Positions 18,721 through 28,272 of a stretch of 43,329 nt of DNA are shown here, piece by piece. Under the pieces are notes generated by a model, which saw nothing but the letters and a program-made list of their open reading frames with translations, was not told the DNA's origin and did not search any database. Origin of the DNA: a virus (taxonomy: Duplodnaviria > Caudoviricetes); the IMG/VR virus record IMGVR_UViG_3300030376_006642, positions 1 through 43,329 of that record. One strand, written 5' to 3'. Made by a program: the position numbers and the translations under genes. Position 1 is the stretch's first letter. Each line of letters opens with the position of its first letter.

Positions 18721-20115
18721 ATGTCAAAAAAAATCAGCGCAAAAGCATTAGCCTCATTATACCCATCTAATAGATGGAAAACTCGTAGCGTTATAAATTC
18801 TGCTGTATCAAAAGTACAACAAGCTTATGACGAAGAATTTACGCGTTTACAAAGCGTTCAGCAAACATATCAATCTATTATGAATTTTGGTAAATTAGCT
18901 ACAAATGCATATGGTAATTTTAGAGAAGCTAAACTTGCAGGATATGATGGTAATTTAAAAGATTATGCTATGCTTGATTCGCAGCAACAAGGTGCTTTTA
19001 AAGATAAATATAAAACACTTAATAATGATGTTATGGAAAAAACAAATAACGAAATGACATTAGGTGATTTATATAAGTCTACTACTAAAAAGTTTAAAAA
19101 AAAAGGTAGATTAAATAGTTTTAGTAAAAAAATAAACGAACAAGATGTAGATACTTTGTTAGAATGGCACAATAAATCAATGAAAGAAGCACCAGTTCCA
19201 ACAAAACCATTACCTGAAATTGCAGAAGATGATTTTGATAATAATGCATATGAAACATCTGCTGAGTTTATTTATCCAGGAAATTCTAATTTAGAAGATA
19301 TAGACAAATTTACTATTCTTGACAATGGTTTATTAACATCAAAATCAATAAAAAAAGAAGAAATGGAATTTGAATCATATTTTGATAATCAAGACCAAAA
19401 TGATAAGTATTGGGCAAAACATCAAGAATATGCAACAAATAGAAATTTAGATTTTAATTTTGAAAATTCAGAAGATAGACTTAAATATATGGATAGAATA
19501 TTAAATATGCCTAAAGAAGACAGGGAATTAATATTTGGCGATATGCGTAAATATGACGAGGAACAAGCAAGAAAAAAAAGCAGAGCTGAATTAGCTGAAA
19601 AAGAAGGCGTTGAATATTTTCCTGAATTTGATGAAATGTATGATGTAGTAGAAAGCACAAGAAAATCTCCAGGATTACAAGGGTTAATGCAAAGAGCTAT
19701 ACCAGGTGGTGAAACAGGATTTGAGCCTACAGCTACATTTGATTTACCTTATGGAGGAATAACTTCAGACAATCAATATATATCTAAACCTACTATGCCT
19801 TCTACAGCAGTATCAGAAGATGAAAACTTTGGGGACTTTAATACATTATATCCTAATGCAGAAATGGGAAGTATCCCATCACCTAGTAATAATATGCAAG
19901 GACCTAATGTGCCTATAGAATTTTTTAGAGAAAAATCATCTGATGTAGATTATAGATTTGCTCCAGTAGAGCGTAATTTTGAAGTTTCTAGCACATATGG
20001 AGTGCCAGAAAGAACTACAATAGACAGAGGATTAACTCCTAGTGTAGGAGGATTTATGAAACAATATCAAGATAGCATAAGAAAAAGAAAAGAATTAGAG
20101 GAGCTTATTAGGTAA
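18721..20115 (+). CDS. Putative internal virion (ejection) protein
   Basis: 464 aa, helical/low-complexity; position after tail genes. Confidence 0.5.
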   Translation: MSKKISAKALASLYPSNRWKTRSVINSAVSKVQQAYDEEFTRLQSVQQTYQSIMNFGKLATNAYGNFREAKLAGYDGNLKDYAMLDSQQQGAFKDKYKTLNNDVMEKTNNEMTLGDLYKSTTKKFKKKGRLNSFSKKINEQDVDTLLEWHNKSMKEAPVPTKPLPEIAEDDFDNNAYETSAEFIYPGNSNLEDIDKFTILDNGLLTSKSIKKEEMEFESYFDNQDQNDKYWAKHQEYATNRNLDFNFENSEDRLKYMDRILNMPKEDRELIFGDMRKYDEEQARKKSRAELAEKEGVEYFPEFDEMYDVVESTRKSPGLQGLMQRAIPGGETGFEPTATFDLPYGGITSDNQYISKPTMPSTAVSEDENFGDFNTLYPNAEMGSIPSPSNNMQGPNVPIEFFREKSSDVDYRFAPVERNFEVSSTYGVPERTTIDRGLTPSVGGFMKQYQDSIRKRKELEELIR

Positions 20116-20705
20116 TGGCACAAGGAGAATACACAAGTAACGCAGCAAGTAGTACATTCCAAGGAGCTGCTAGTGGAGCTGCTATGGGAGCAACTATAGG
20201 AACATCTTTAGGACCTTTAGGCACTGCAGGCGGTGCAATTATAGGTGGTCTCATAGGTCTAGGAAAAGGGTTAGTAGAAAACTCTGCTGCAAAAAAACGT
20301 GCTAGAAAAGTACAGAAACAAAAAGATAGATTAAAAGATGCAAGAAATAAAATAAAAGGAACTTTACAAACAATACCTGATATATTCCAAGAATCTCAAA
20401 ATATACAAGAACAGCAAATAGATAAAGAATCTCAGTCAATTGTAGAAAATTTTATAGAACAAACAGTTGGCCAAATATCAAATTTAGAAGACGTGCAAGC
20501 CAAAACAGGGCTTACTTCTTCAAATGTTACAAATCAAATTACATCAGCACGAGAAAAATCAGGAAAAACATTTCAAGACTTAACAGCCGATATTAAGGAC
20601 AAAAAAGAAATGTTAGACTATGACACGGAACGACAAAAAACTGCTGCAATACAAGGCATTTTAAGCGAAATGTACGATATTGACACAACAATAGAGAGTT
20701 TATAG
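20115..20705 (+). CDS. Ejection protein with glycine-zipper membrane segment
   Basis: GAASGAAMGATIGTSLGPLGTAGGAIIGGLIG followed by coiled coil. Confidence 0.7.
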   Translation: MAQGEYTSNAASSTFQGAASGAAMGATIGTSLGPLGTAGGAIIGGLIGLGKGLVENSAAKKRARKVQKQKDRLKDARNKIKGTLQTIPDIFQESQNIQEQQIDKESQSIVENFIEQTVGQISNLEDVQAKTGLTSSNVTNQITSAREKSGKTFQDLTADIKDKKEMLDYDTERQKTAAIQGILSEMYDIDTTIESL

Positions 20706-20706
20706 C

Positions 20707-21363
20707 ATGGCAATAGATAATGAACTAAGAAAAATACTATTAAGAGAACAAGATTTGCGTTTTGTTACTGACACTTTAGGTGAATACTTAGGAAAAAAAG
20801 ATGAAGAACGAAAGTATTATGCAGAAGAAGCGCGTCAAGAAAGATTGAAAAAAGAAGAATTAGCACAAAATTTAGAAATTGCAAAAATTAAAGAGAAAAA
20901 ACCTACAACTACATCTCAAATTACACAAGTAAATTTTATAAAAGATACAACAATAAATGGTAGAAAATATAAAACAGGAGATGTAGGTACATTTAAAATA
21001 GATAATGCAATAAATCTTCAAGATAAAGGGTTTGCAAATATTGGAAGTCTAGACAATGTTGATGATGAAGGATATAAATTACGTTTAAAAAAATATACAG
21101 ATACAAAAAAGAAAATACTTGCTGATTTAGGTATATCAGTTGAAGAAATTAGTGGTAACCCATTTTCAGTAATGACTAAATTAAGAGATACAGCAAAAAA
21201 AGCAAATTTAAATTTAAATGACGATGAAATAATTAAACAATACATATTTGCAGGCAATGAAGAAGAATACAATCAATTTAAAGGTTATGAAAAAGAATTT
21301 GGCGATTTATTTAAATCTCCTAAAGAAACAAATATAAGTAAAAAAACAGATTTTGAATGGTAA
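20707..21363 (+). CDS. Putative internal virion protein
   Basis: 218 aa, coiled-coil N-terminus, within the ejection module. Confidence 0.5.
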   Translation: MAIDNELRKILLREQDLRFVTDTLGEYLGKKDEERKYYAEEARQERLKKEELAQNLEIAKIKEKKPTTTSQITQVNFIKDTTINGRKYKTGDVGTFKIDNAINLQDKGFANIGSLDNVDDEGYKLRLKKYTDTKKKILADLGISVEEISGNPFSVMTKLRDTAKKANLNLNDDEIIKQYIFAGNEEEYNQFKGYEKEFGDLFKSPKETNISKKTDFEW

Positions 21364-21367
21364 ATAA

Positions 21368-24300
21368 ATGAGCAATGAAAACTTAAAAAAAGTTTATCAA
21401 ACTGTTTTAAAAGATTTTCCTGAGCATAAAGATACATTTGGAGATTATGAATTTTTTCAGGAAAAAATGAAAGACCCTGAAAGTGCAGAAAAATTAAGAA
21501 AATTATTACGCACAAAATATAATCGAGAAACATTAGGAGATTCAACAGAATTTTCTAATAAAGTAAAAATATCAGAAAACGATATTGAAAAATCAGAAGA
21601 AAAAATACATCAAAATATTACAAGTAAACCTGCAGAAAAAATATTAGCTGAAGAAATCTTAAACATAAATGATAATCAAACGCAAATATTAGACCAAAAC
21701 ACAACCGAACAAAATAATTTTAAAAAAATTAATCCTATACAAGAGTCTATTGAAAAAGATGTAGATAGCCAAATTGACCCTGTAATACAAGATACTATAG
21801 AACCAGAAATAGATACAAAGGTATTAGAAGACTCTAAAGTTGATACTAATCAAATTGCTTCAACTATGTTCAAGTTTGAAAATATAAATGATAGTACAGA
21901 ATTAGGAAAAACATTAATACAGTTAAAAAATTTATGGGCTTTTAAGTTTGGAGAAAGAGCAGCAAAATATGGAGCTGTAGACTCAGGAGTTAAAGCTGCA
22001 GATGGTGGGACATGGGCGCAATGGCCTGATGAAGAAAGCATGCAAGAAGGTGCAACAAAAATAATTAATGAAATGCTTAATATTGACGCTAAAGGTGATT
22101 TAAAAGAATTTATAAGTAATTATATAAATAAACCAATTGATGATGAAGAAGTTTTGTCTAGATATAATGAAATTACAAGCAAACAAAAAAAAGAAACTAA
22201 ACCCAAAACATCATTAGATATAGCATTTGAAGAAATGCAAAATAAATTTAACGAAAAAATAGATTTAAATTCAGATATTTACAAACCAGACGAACAAAAA
22301 TTTCAAGGGGAAAGTGTTGACCAATCAGCTTTTCCGCAAGAATTTGAAGATAATATTTTAGAAAAAGCAGTTAAAGATACAGCTGGAGATATTGCTGGAG
22401 CTGTTGAAATACCTTTGGCGATGGCAAGTTCTTTAGTAGGGTTTGGTGCATCGGGAGTTACTGCTATTATTGAAAGAGCTTTTTCTGGAGAAATGGACAG
22501 TGAAAATCTTGAAAATATGATGACTGAAATACGAGAAAAAATAACGTATGAGCCTAAAACAGAATCTGCGCAAGAAGGTTTAAAAATTATATCATATCCT
22601 TTTGAAAAATTTGTAGAAGCTACAGATGAATTAGGAGAAATAGTATATGATTATACAGGAAGTCCTGTATTAGCAACTGCAGCTAAAACAATATCAGAAG
22701 GGTCATTATATTTATATGGACCCTTAAAAGCAAAATACAATAAATATAAAACAGCTAATAAAAATAAAAATGCTGTAGCCATTAACGATATAGCAGACAT
22801 GAAAATGGATGCAAAATTAATGCGAGATTTAATTTATGATGACGTAATTGTTAATAATATGTCATTAGATGCGGTTATTAAAAAATATAATATTCCTAAA
22901 GACAAAAAACCTATGGCAGGTTTATTGGTTAAAGAAATAAAAGATAGTTGGGCAGCAGAATTAAAAGAAATACCATATGAAATTGTTACAGAAGGTAATG
23001 TTGTAAATGCTTTAAAACCAAAAACATCTATAAAACCAGAAAATATTAAAGAAGTTAAAATATCTACAATGTCTGAAAACAAACATGTAGTACAAGTAAC
23101 TGGAAAAAACAATAAAGCATTAGATGTAGAAATATTTCCTACATTAGAAGCCGCTAAAGCTTCAACAGAACAATTTGTAATTACAGCAACATTAAGTTCT
23201 AAATCTAATTTAAAACTTAAAAAAGATGTTAAAAAAACTAAAGAAATTGAAACTAAAGTACCAACTAAAGAAAAAGTAGTCGCTGAAACTTTGCCTGATA
23301 AGTTAGTAGTTTTAAATAATACAATATCAAGCTTACAAAAAAAGAAAGAATTGGGTCCTTTAGATGACAAAGATAAGAAAAAATTAGGTCAATTAGTTAT
23401 ATTAAGAACTAGAGTTCAAAATAAAATAAGAGAAACTAAAAAAGAATTATTAGACAAAGAAACAGAACTTAAAGAAACAACAGGATTTTTTAATAAAAAA
23501 CAAGAATCAATTGATTTTCAATTATCATCTTTAAAAGCAAAACAAAAAGAAGGAAAAATTACACCAAGTGAAAAGATTGATATACGAAGATTAGAAAAAG
23601 AAAAAAAAGATTTAATACAAGAGCAAAAAAATTACGAAATTAAAGTTAAAAAAGATGTTGTGACAAGACTATCTAAAACTAAAACAGAACTAGAAAAACA
23701 AATTAGATTTGCAAGTAGAAAAGGTTCGCAATCTACACCTTTAGAAAAAAAAGAATTAAATAGAAAAATATCAAAAGTACACAAATTAATTTCTAGATTA
23801 GAAAGTGAAAAAGGTGTGTCAATAGCATCAGAAGTATATGGTCAAACTTATTCTACTATTATTCCACCAGGATTAATACATGTATTTAAAATTATAGAAA
23901 GAAAATTAAAAGCAAGAGGAAGTAAACCATTTACAGATGCAGATATAGAGCACATAGATTATATAATAAATCAATCAGGAGATATACTTCCTAACGATTT
24001 TGATATTAATAATAAATATTATGTCCAAGAAACAGGTCATAATGCTTTTTTAACAAAAGTAAGAAAAAGAAAATTAGAAATAGCAAAATCTAACAAAGAA
24101 GTTATGAAATGGAATGAAAAAGTTCCTGATGAGTTAGATAGAGCAGATATTGGAGCTTATGTTGAAGGTATAGGAAATATATTAATAGAAAACGATACAT
24201 TTGCTGATGTTAAAAAAAGAATGACTCCTAAAAAATTAGAAGTTTATAACCAATATAAACGCTCTATTGAAAAAGCCAGAGTCGATATAAATAGTTATTT

Positions 24301-26716
24301 AAAAGAATTTGCTGGAGCAAATCAAGATTATATAGGATTTTTAGAAAATTATTTGCCACATTTTTATGTTGATGTAGATGGAAAAGGTTATCAATTTGCA
24401 ATAGATAAATTAAAGTCTAGTAAAAATGCACAAAAAAGAAAATTGCCTACATTACAAGAAGCATTAGATGCAGGTCTTTCTCCTAAAAGTCAAGACCCAG
24501 GAGTATTATATAATTTATATACAACATTAAATTGGACTATGGCAACTAATAAAATGTTTTCACATGATTTGCATAAAATTATAACTCCAGAAGGTAATAG
24601 AGCTGTAATACCAAACTATAAAAATGTTGAACATCCTTCAGATTATATATATTATAATCATCCTATATTAAATAAAGCATATTCAATGCCTAACAAAAAA
24701 GGTGAATTTAAAGAATCTCACAATGGAGTTTGGGTTCATCCTCAATTAAAAGCTCCTTTAGATATGTTAAAACAATACAACCAATTTGGAATGCTTCCTG
24801 ATGAAACAAGTAAATTTTGGGAAACGTATGACATGTTTAATAATAGTGCAAAATCACTTTCATTAAGTCTTTCTTTGTTTCATAATATAGCATTATTTGA
24901 AAGCGCACAGTCTGTGTTTATGAATAAAAATCCAATAAGAGGTGTATTTTTATTTGGAGACAAAAGTCCATTAACAAGTAAAAGACAATTTAAATTAACT
25001 CATAGAGCTGGTTTAGATTTAATAAAAGATGATAAATATTTTGAAGATATGTTAATGGCAGGTCTTGAAATTTCACATCCAAGTATGGATAATCATAAAG
25101 GAACATGGGAAAAAATTAGAGATGGTCTTTCAGATAACGTAGGATATTACACTGGAAGTAAAAAAGCAAATAATTTAATTAAAAAAGTTTTTGACAAAAC
25201 TATAATAAAACATCAAGATTTATTATGGAATCATTATCATTCTGGATTAAAAGCTTATGCATATGTTGATATAGTAGAAAAATCTAAAAATTTGTTTCCA
25301 GAATTATCATTAACTGAAATTAAAGAAATAACAGCAAATAATGTTAATAATGCATTTGGTGGGCAAGAATGGGAAAGTAAATTAATTTTAGGAAATCCAG
25401 AAATTTTAAAATGGACTAGACGAGGATTATTATCACCAGATTGGACATATAGTTCTGCAGCAATGGGTGCTGGTGGTATAAATTCAATTTATAAAAAAGC
25501 ATCAGGCGGAAAAGATTTATTAGGAGAAAAGTCTAGATTTAAAGGCGACAAATATACAAAATACCAAAGTAAGTTTTATACTAATTATTGGAAAAATATG
25601 GCACTTACATTAGGTGGAACTGCTTTATTATCACAATATGCAATATATCAAGCATTTGGAGATGAAGAGTTAGATGAACCATTAACATATAACAATGAAA
25701 AAGGTAAACGATGGGAAATTGATATTACTCCAATGTTACGACATTTTTCTAATAAAAAAAATCCTGGAAGCTGGACAACAAAACAAAGATATTATACATC
25801 TTTAGGAAAACAAGCTAAAGAATTATTTGGATATATTGATGGTATATATGGCCCTAGAAATACATTATTGAGAAAATCATCACCTATGTTTCAATTTGGA
25901 TATGAAGCATTCGTTGGTGAAACAATATCAGGGTTTTCATCAGATTGGGCAAGAGATAATGCTAATACATATGATTTAATTACATCTGCAATGGGTAGAA
26001 TTGTTAAATCTTATATGCCTTTTTCATTACAAGGTAATAGTTTAGGGTTTGCTTTGCCTATTTCTAAAGGTAAAACTCCATTTAAAGCAGAAAAAGAAAT
26101 GGCAGAAATTATGCATGCTTATGTTGACCCAGGAATAGTACAAAGAATTAAAAATAAATATACGTCAGACCAAATATCAACATTGTTTGGAGTTCAAAAA
26201 TTTGACCCGTTTGTATATGAAGAAAAGTTTACAGAATTTTTTCCAGAAATAATTAAAGCTTTAGAAAGAAATGGTTATAATTCTGAATCTGTATTAAAAA
26301 ATGTTGTTGGAGGTTTAGCTACTCAATACAATAGAGAACTTATATCTATAGGTCTAGACAAAGATGGTAATTGGCGAAATCCAGAAGAATTGAGCGAAAA
26401 AGATAAATTTTTAATAGAATATGCTGCCTACAAGTTATTTAAGTTAAATAAAAATGCATCAAATTTTGCAAAAAGTTTAAAAGGTAAATTAAAATCTGGA
26501 AAACTTCAAGGTTATGACACAGATTATTTTAATAAATATCGTCAAATATGGCAAGATGCATACAATGTTTTACCAGACCCACAGAATGACCCAGAAAAGT
26601 GGTTAAGAAATGCTTTAAAAAATGATTATTTTACTAAATATCAAAAAGATATAGTTAATCTAGCAAGATTGAAAGTTGAAGCTTCTATACTTAAAGATAA
26701 GTTGATTAATAATTAA
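21368..26716 (+). CDS. Large internal virion/DNA-ejection protein with possible muralytic domain
   Basis: 1782 aa. Residues ~170-265 (NLWAFKF...WAQWPDEESMQEG...LKEFISNY) resemble lysozyme-fold virion hydrolases; C-terminal helical region typical of podovirus ejectosome proteins. Confidence 0.65.
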   Translation: MSNENLKKVYQTVLKDFPEHKDTFGDYEFFQEKMKDPESAEKLRKLLRTKYNRETLGDSTEFSNKVKISENDIEKSEEKIHQNITSKPAEKILAEEILNINDNQTQILDQNTTEQNNFKKINPIQESIEKDVDSQIDPVIQDTIEPEIDTKVLEDSKVDTNQIASTMFKFENINDSTELGKTLIQLKNLWAFKFGERAAKYGAVDSGVKAADGGTWAQWPDEESMQEGATKIINEMLNIDAKGDLKEFISNYINKPIDDEEVLSRYNEITSKQKKETKPKTSLDIAFEEMQNKFNEKIDLNSDIYKPDEQKFQGESVDQSAFPQEFEDNILEKAVKDTAGDIAGAVEIPLAMASSLVGFGASGVTAIIERAFSGEMDSENLENMMTEIREKITYEPKTESAQEGLKIISYPFEKFVEATDELGEIVYDYTGSPVLATAAKTISEGSLYLYGPLKAKYNKYKTANKNKNAVAINDIADMKMDAKLMRDLIYDDVIVNNMSLDAVIKKYNIPKDKKPMAGLLVKEIKDSWAAELKEIPYEIVTEGNVVNALKPKTSIKPENIKEVKISTMSENKHVVQVTGKNNKALDVEIFPTLEAAKASTEQFVITATLSSKSNLKLKKDVKKTKEIETKVPTKEKVVAETLPDKLVVLNNTISSLQKKKELGPLDDKDKKKLGQLVILRTRVQNKIRETKKELLDKETELKETTGFFNKKQESIDFQLSSLKAKQKEGKITPSEKIDIRRLEKEKKDLIQEQKNYEIKVKKDVVTRLSKTKTELEKQIRFASRKGSQSTPLEKKELNRKISKVHKLISRLESEKGVSIASEVYGQTYSTIIPPGLIHVFKIIERKLKARGSKPFTDADIEHIDYIINQSGDILPNDFDINNKYYVQETGHNAFLTKVRKRKLEIAKSNKEVMKWNEKVPDELDRADIGAYVEGIGNILIENDTFADVKKRMTPKKLEVYNQYKRSIEKARVDINSYLKEFAGANQDYIGFLENYLPHFYVDVDGKGYQFAIDKLKSSKNAQKRKLPTLQEALDAGLSPKSQDPGVLYNLYTTLNWTMATNKMFSHDLHKIITPEGNRAVIPNYKNVEHPSDYIYYNHPILNKAYSMPNKKGEFKESHNGVWVHPQLKAPLDMLKQYNQFGMLPDETSKFWETYDMFNNSAKSLSLSLSLFHNIALFESAQSVFMNKNPIRGVFLFGDKSPLTSKRQFKLTHRAGLDLIKDDKYFEDMLMAGLEISHPSMDNHKGTWEKIRDGLSDNVGYYTGSKKANNLIKKVFDKTIIKHQDLLWNHYHSGLKAYAYVDIVEKSKNLFPELSLTEIKEITANNVNNAFGGQEWESKLILGNPEILKWTRRGLLSPDWTYSSAAMGAGGINSIYKKASGGKDLLGEKSRFKGDKYTKYQSKFYTNYWKNMALTLGGTALLSQYAIYQAFGDEELDEPLTYNNEKGKRWEIDITPMLRHFSNKKNPGSWTTKQRYYTSLGKQAKELFGYIDGIYGPRNTLLRKSSPMFQFGYEAFVGETISGFSSDWARDNANTYDLITSAMGRIVKSYMPFSLQGNSLGFALPISKGKTPFKAEKEMAEIMHAYVDPGIVQRIKNKYTSDQISTLFGVQKFDPFVYEEKFTEFFPEIIKALERNGYNSESVLKNVVGGLATQYNRELISIGLDKDGNWRNPEELSEKDKFLIEYAAYKLFKLNKNASNFAKSLKGKLKSGKLQGYDTDYFNKYRQIWQDAYNVLPDPQNDPEKWLRNALKNDYFTKYQKDIVNLARLKVEASILKDKLINN

Positions 26717-26752
26717 ATTTGTTTTAAATTACATCAACAAATTTCGATAATA

Positions 26753-26806
26753 TGTGCCCATGTCAGCCCCCTCTGGGCGGTAAGGCACAATAAAAACAAG
26801 AGAGGG
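26753..26806 (+). promoter_or_regulatory. Cis-regulatory hairpin/pseudoknot occluding the RBS of 26811
   Basis: TGTGCC(26753-58)/GGCACA(26784-89); GCCC/GGGC inner stem; CCCTCT(26769-74) complementary to AGAGGG(26801-06), 4 nt before the ATG. Confidence 0.65.
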
Positions 26807-26810
26807 AAAC

Positions 26811-27131
26811 ATGGCAACAGTAGGAAACTTTCCTAGAATTAAATCTAGTTATTCCGTACAAAAAGCAAGCAATTTGTCACTAGGGCAAGGTGGCTGTTTA
26901 TTTGAAGACGGAACAAACGCAATTACAGGTAAAACAATAGTAGCAATACAATTCCTTACAGACTCAACATTTACTACACTTACTCCTATAGATAGTAACT
27001 ATATTGGTACATCTGGTGGTAATGGAGATGCTGTAGATAGCGGCAATACATTTCCAGCAGGAATGACTGTATATGGCCAATGGACTGCTTTTACTTTAGC
27101 TAGTGGTTCAGTTATAGCATATTTAGGCTAA
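26811..27131 (+). CDS. Small beta-rich virion/fibre-associated protein
   Basis: 106 aa, FPAGMTVYGQWTAFTLASGSVIAY; leads the LamG module. Confidence 0.65.
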   Translation: MATVGNFPRIKSSYSVQKASNLSLGQGGCLFEDGTNAITGKTIVAIQFLTDSTFTTLTPIDSNYIGTSGGNGDAVDSGNTFPAGMTVYGQWTAFTLASGSVIAYLG

Positions 27132-27132
27132 T

Positions 27133-28272
27133 ATGGCATTAGGATTAGGAGCAAGTTTAGGTAAAACAGGAGTTGTTACCCCAGGTGTCGTTACAGATGG
27201 TCTGGTTATGAAACATCTGTATCCTGCAGGAGCAGTACAGCTATTAAGTGATGGTGCTGCATATTTTGATAGTCATCCTATCACTGGTTCTTATATAAAT
27301 TGTGGTGCATCTAACAGTATTATAACAGGAACAAATGTTACATATTCTTGTTGGGTTAAATTATATGATACTGACCAAGCTCGCTTAATGAATGCTCAAA
27401 AAGGCTCAGGCTCAACAAACCTTGGTTTAAGAATAAATGATAATAGTGGAAGTCAATCAGCTGGATATATTAATTTATTAATTTATAATGGAAGTGGTTT
27501 TAATTCTATTGGTTACGATGGTTCATTAAATGATAATAAATGGCACCATATAGCTGCTACAACTACATCTTCAGCACAGAAGTTATATATTAATGGGGCA
27601 GAGGTAGCAGAAGGAAGCAATGGTTTTGCAAATGCAACAAGTACAAATATATTTACATTAGGCTCTATAAATGGTACAGGTGAATTTTTAGGTGGTTATA
27701 TGGCTAATGTAGGAGTATGGAGTAGAGTATTAACTCAAGCAGAAATAAAATCAATTATGTTTAAACAATATGCAGATTTAACAACTAGTGAAAAAACTAG
27801 CTTAGTATCATTTTGGAATTTAGATAGTACTGTAAAAGATGGCCTTAGTTTAGTTTACGATGAAAATAATACAACTTTAGGAGCTAATCTATGGGATGGT
27901 GGTGATGTTGGCCCAGATTCTTTAGGTGATGCAGATGGAAATCCATCACATTCAATGGATATATCTAATGTAGGGCTTGCTGCTGGAGATGTAGTAAAAA
28001 TATCTGGAACTGTTTCTGGCTCAAATGGAGGTAGAATAGTATGTCCAGATACAGGTGCTGGTTCTAATGGAGTAACTTTAATTACTGGGGGAGGTGATTC
28101 GTCACACACTGAGGATGGCAATATTGAAGTATATGTATATGTATCAGATGTGACAGGTAATTTAAAAATAAGAACTGATTTTGATGGTTCTGGTAATAAC
28201 CAAGATGATAGAACTCAAAAAATAACTAATATAAGTGTTCAAAAAATTACAAATGCAGGAAGGCTATTATAA
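27133..28272 (+). CDS. LamG/concanavalin-A-like domain fibre protein
   Basis: TYSCWVK, WHHIAAT, KLYING, GYMANVGVWSRVLTQAEI. Confidence 0.85.
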   Translation: MALGLGASLGKTGVVTPGVVTDGLVMKHLYPAGAVQLLSDGAAYFDSHPITGSYINCGASNSIITGTNVTYSCWVKLYDTDQARLMNAQKGSGSTNLGLRINDNSGSQSAGYINLLIYNGSGFNSIGYDGSLNDNKWHHIAATTTSSAQKLYINGAEVAEGSNGFANATSTNIFTLGSINGTGEFLGGYMANVGVWSRVLTQAEIKSIMFKQYADLTTSEKTSLVSFWNLDSTVKDGLSLVYDENNTTLGANLWDGGDVGPDSLGDADGNPSHSMDISNVGLAAGDVVKISGTVSGSNGGRIVCPDTGAGSNGVTLITGGGDSSHTEDGNIEVYVYVSDVTGNLKIRTDFDGSGNNQDDRTQKITNISVQKITNAGRLL

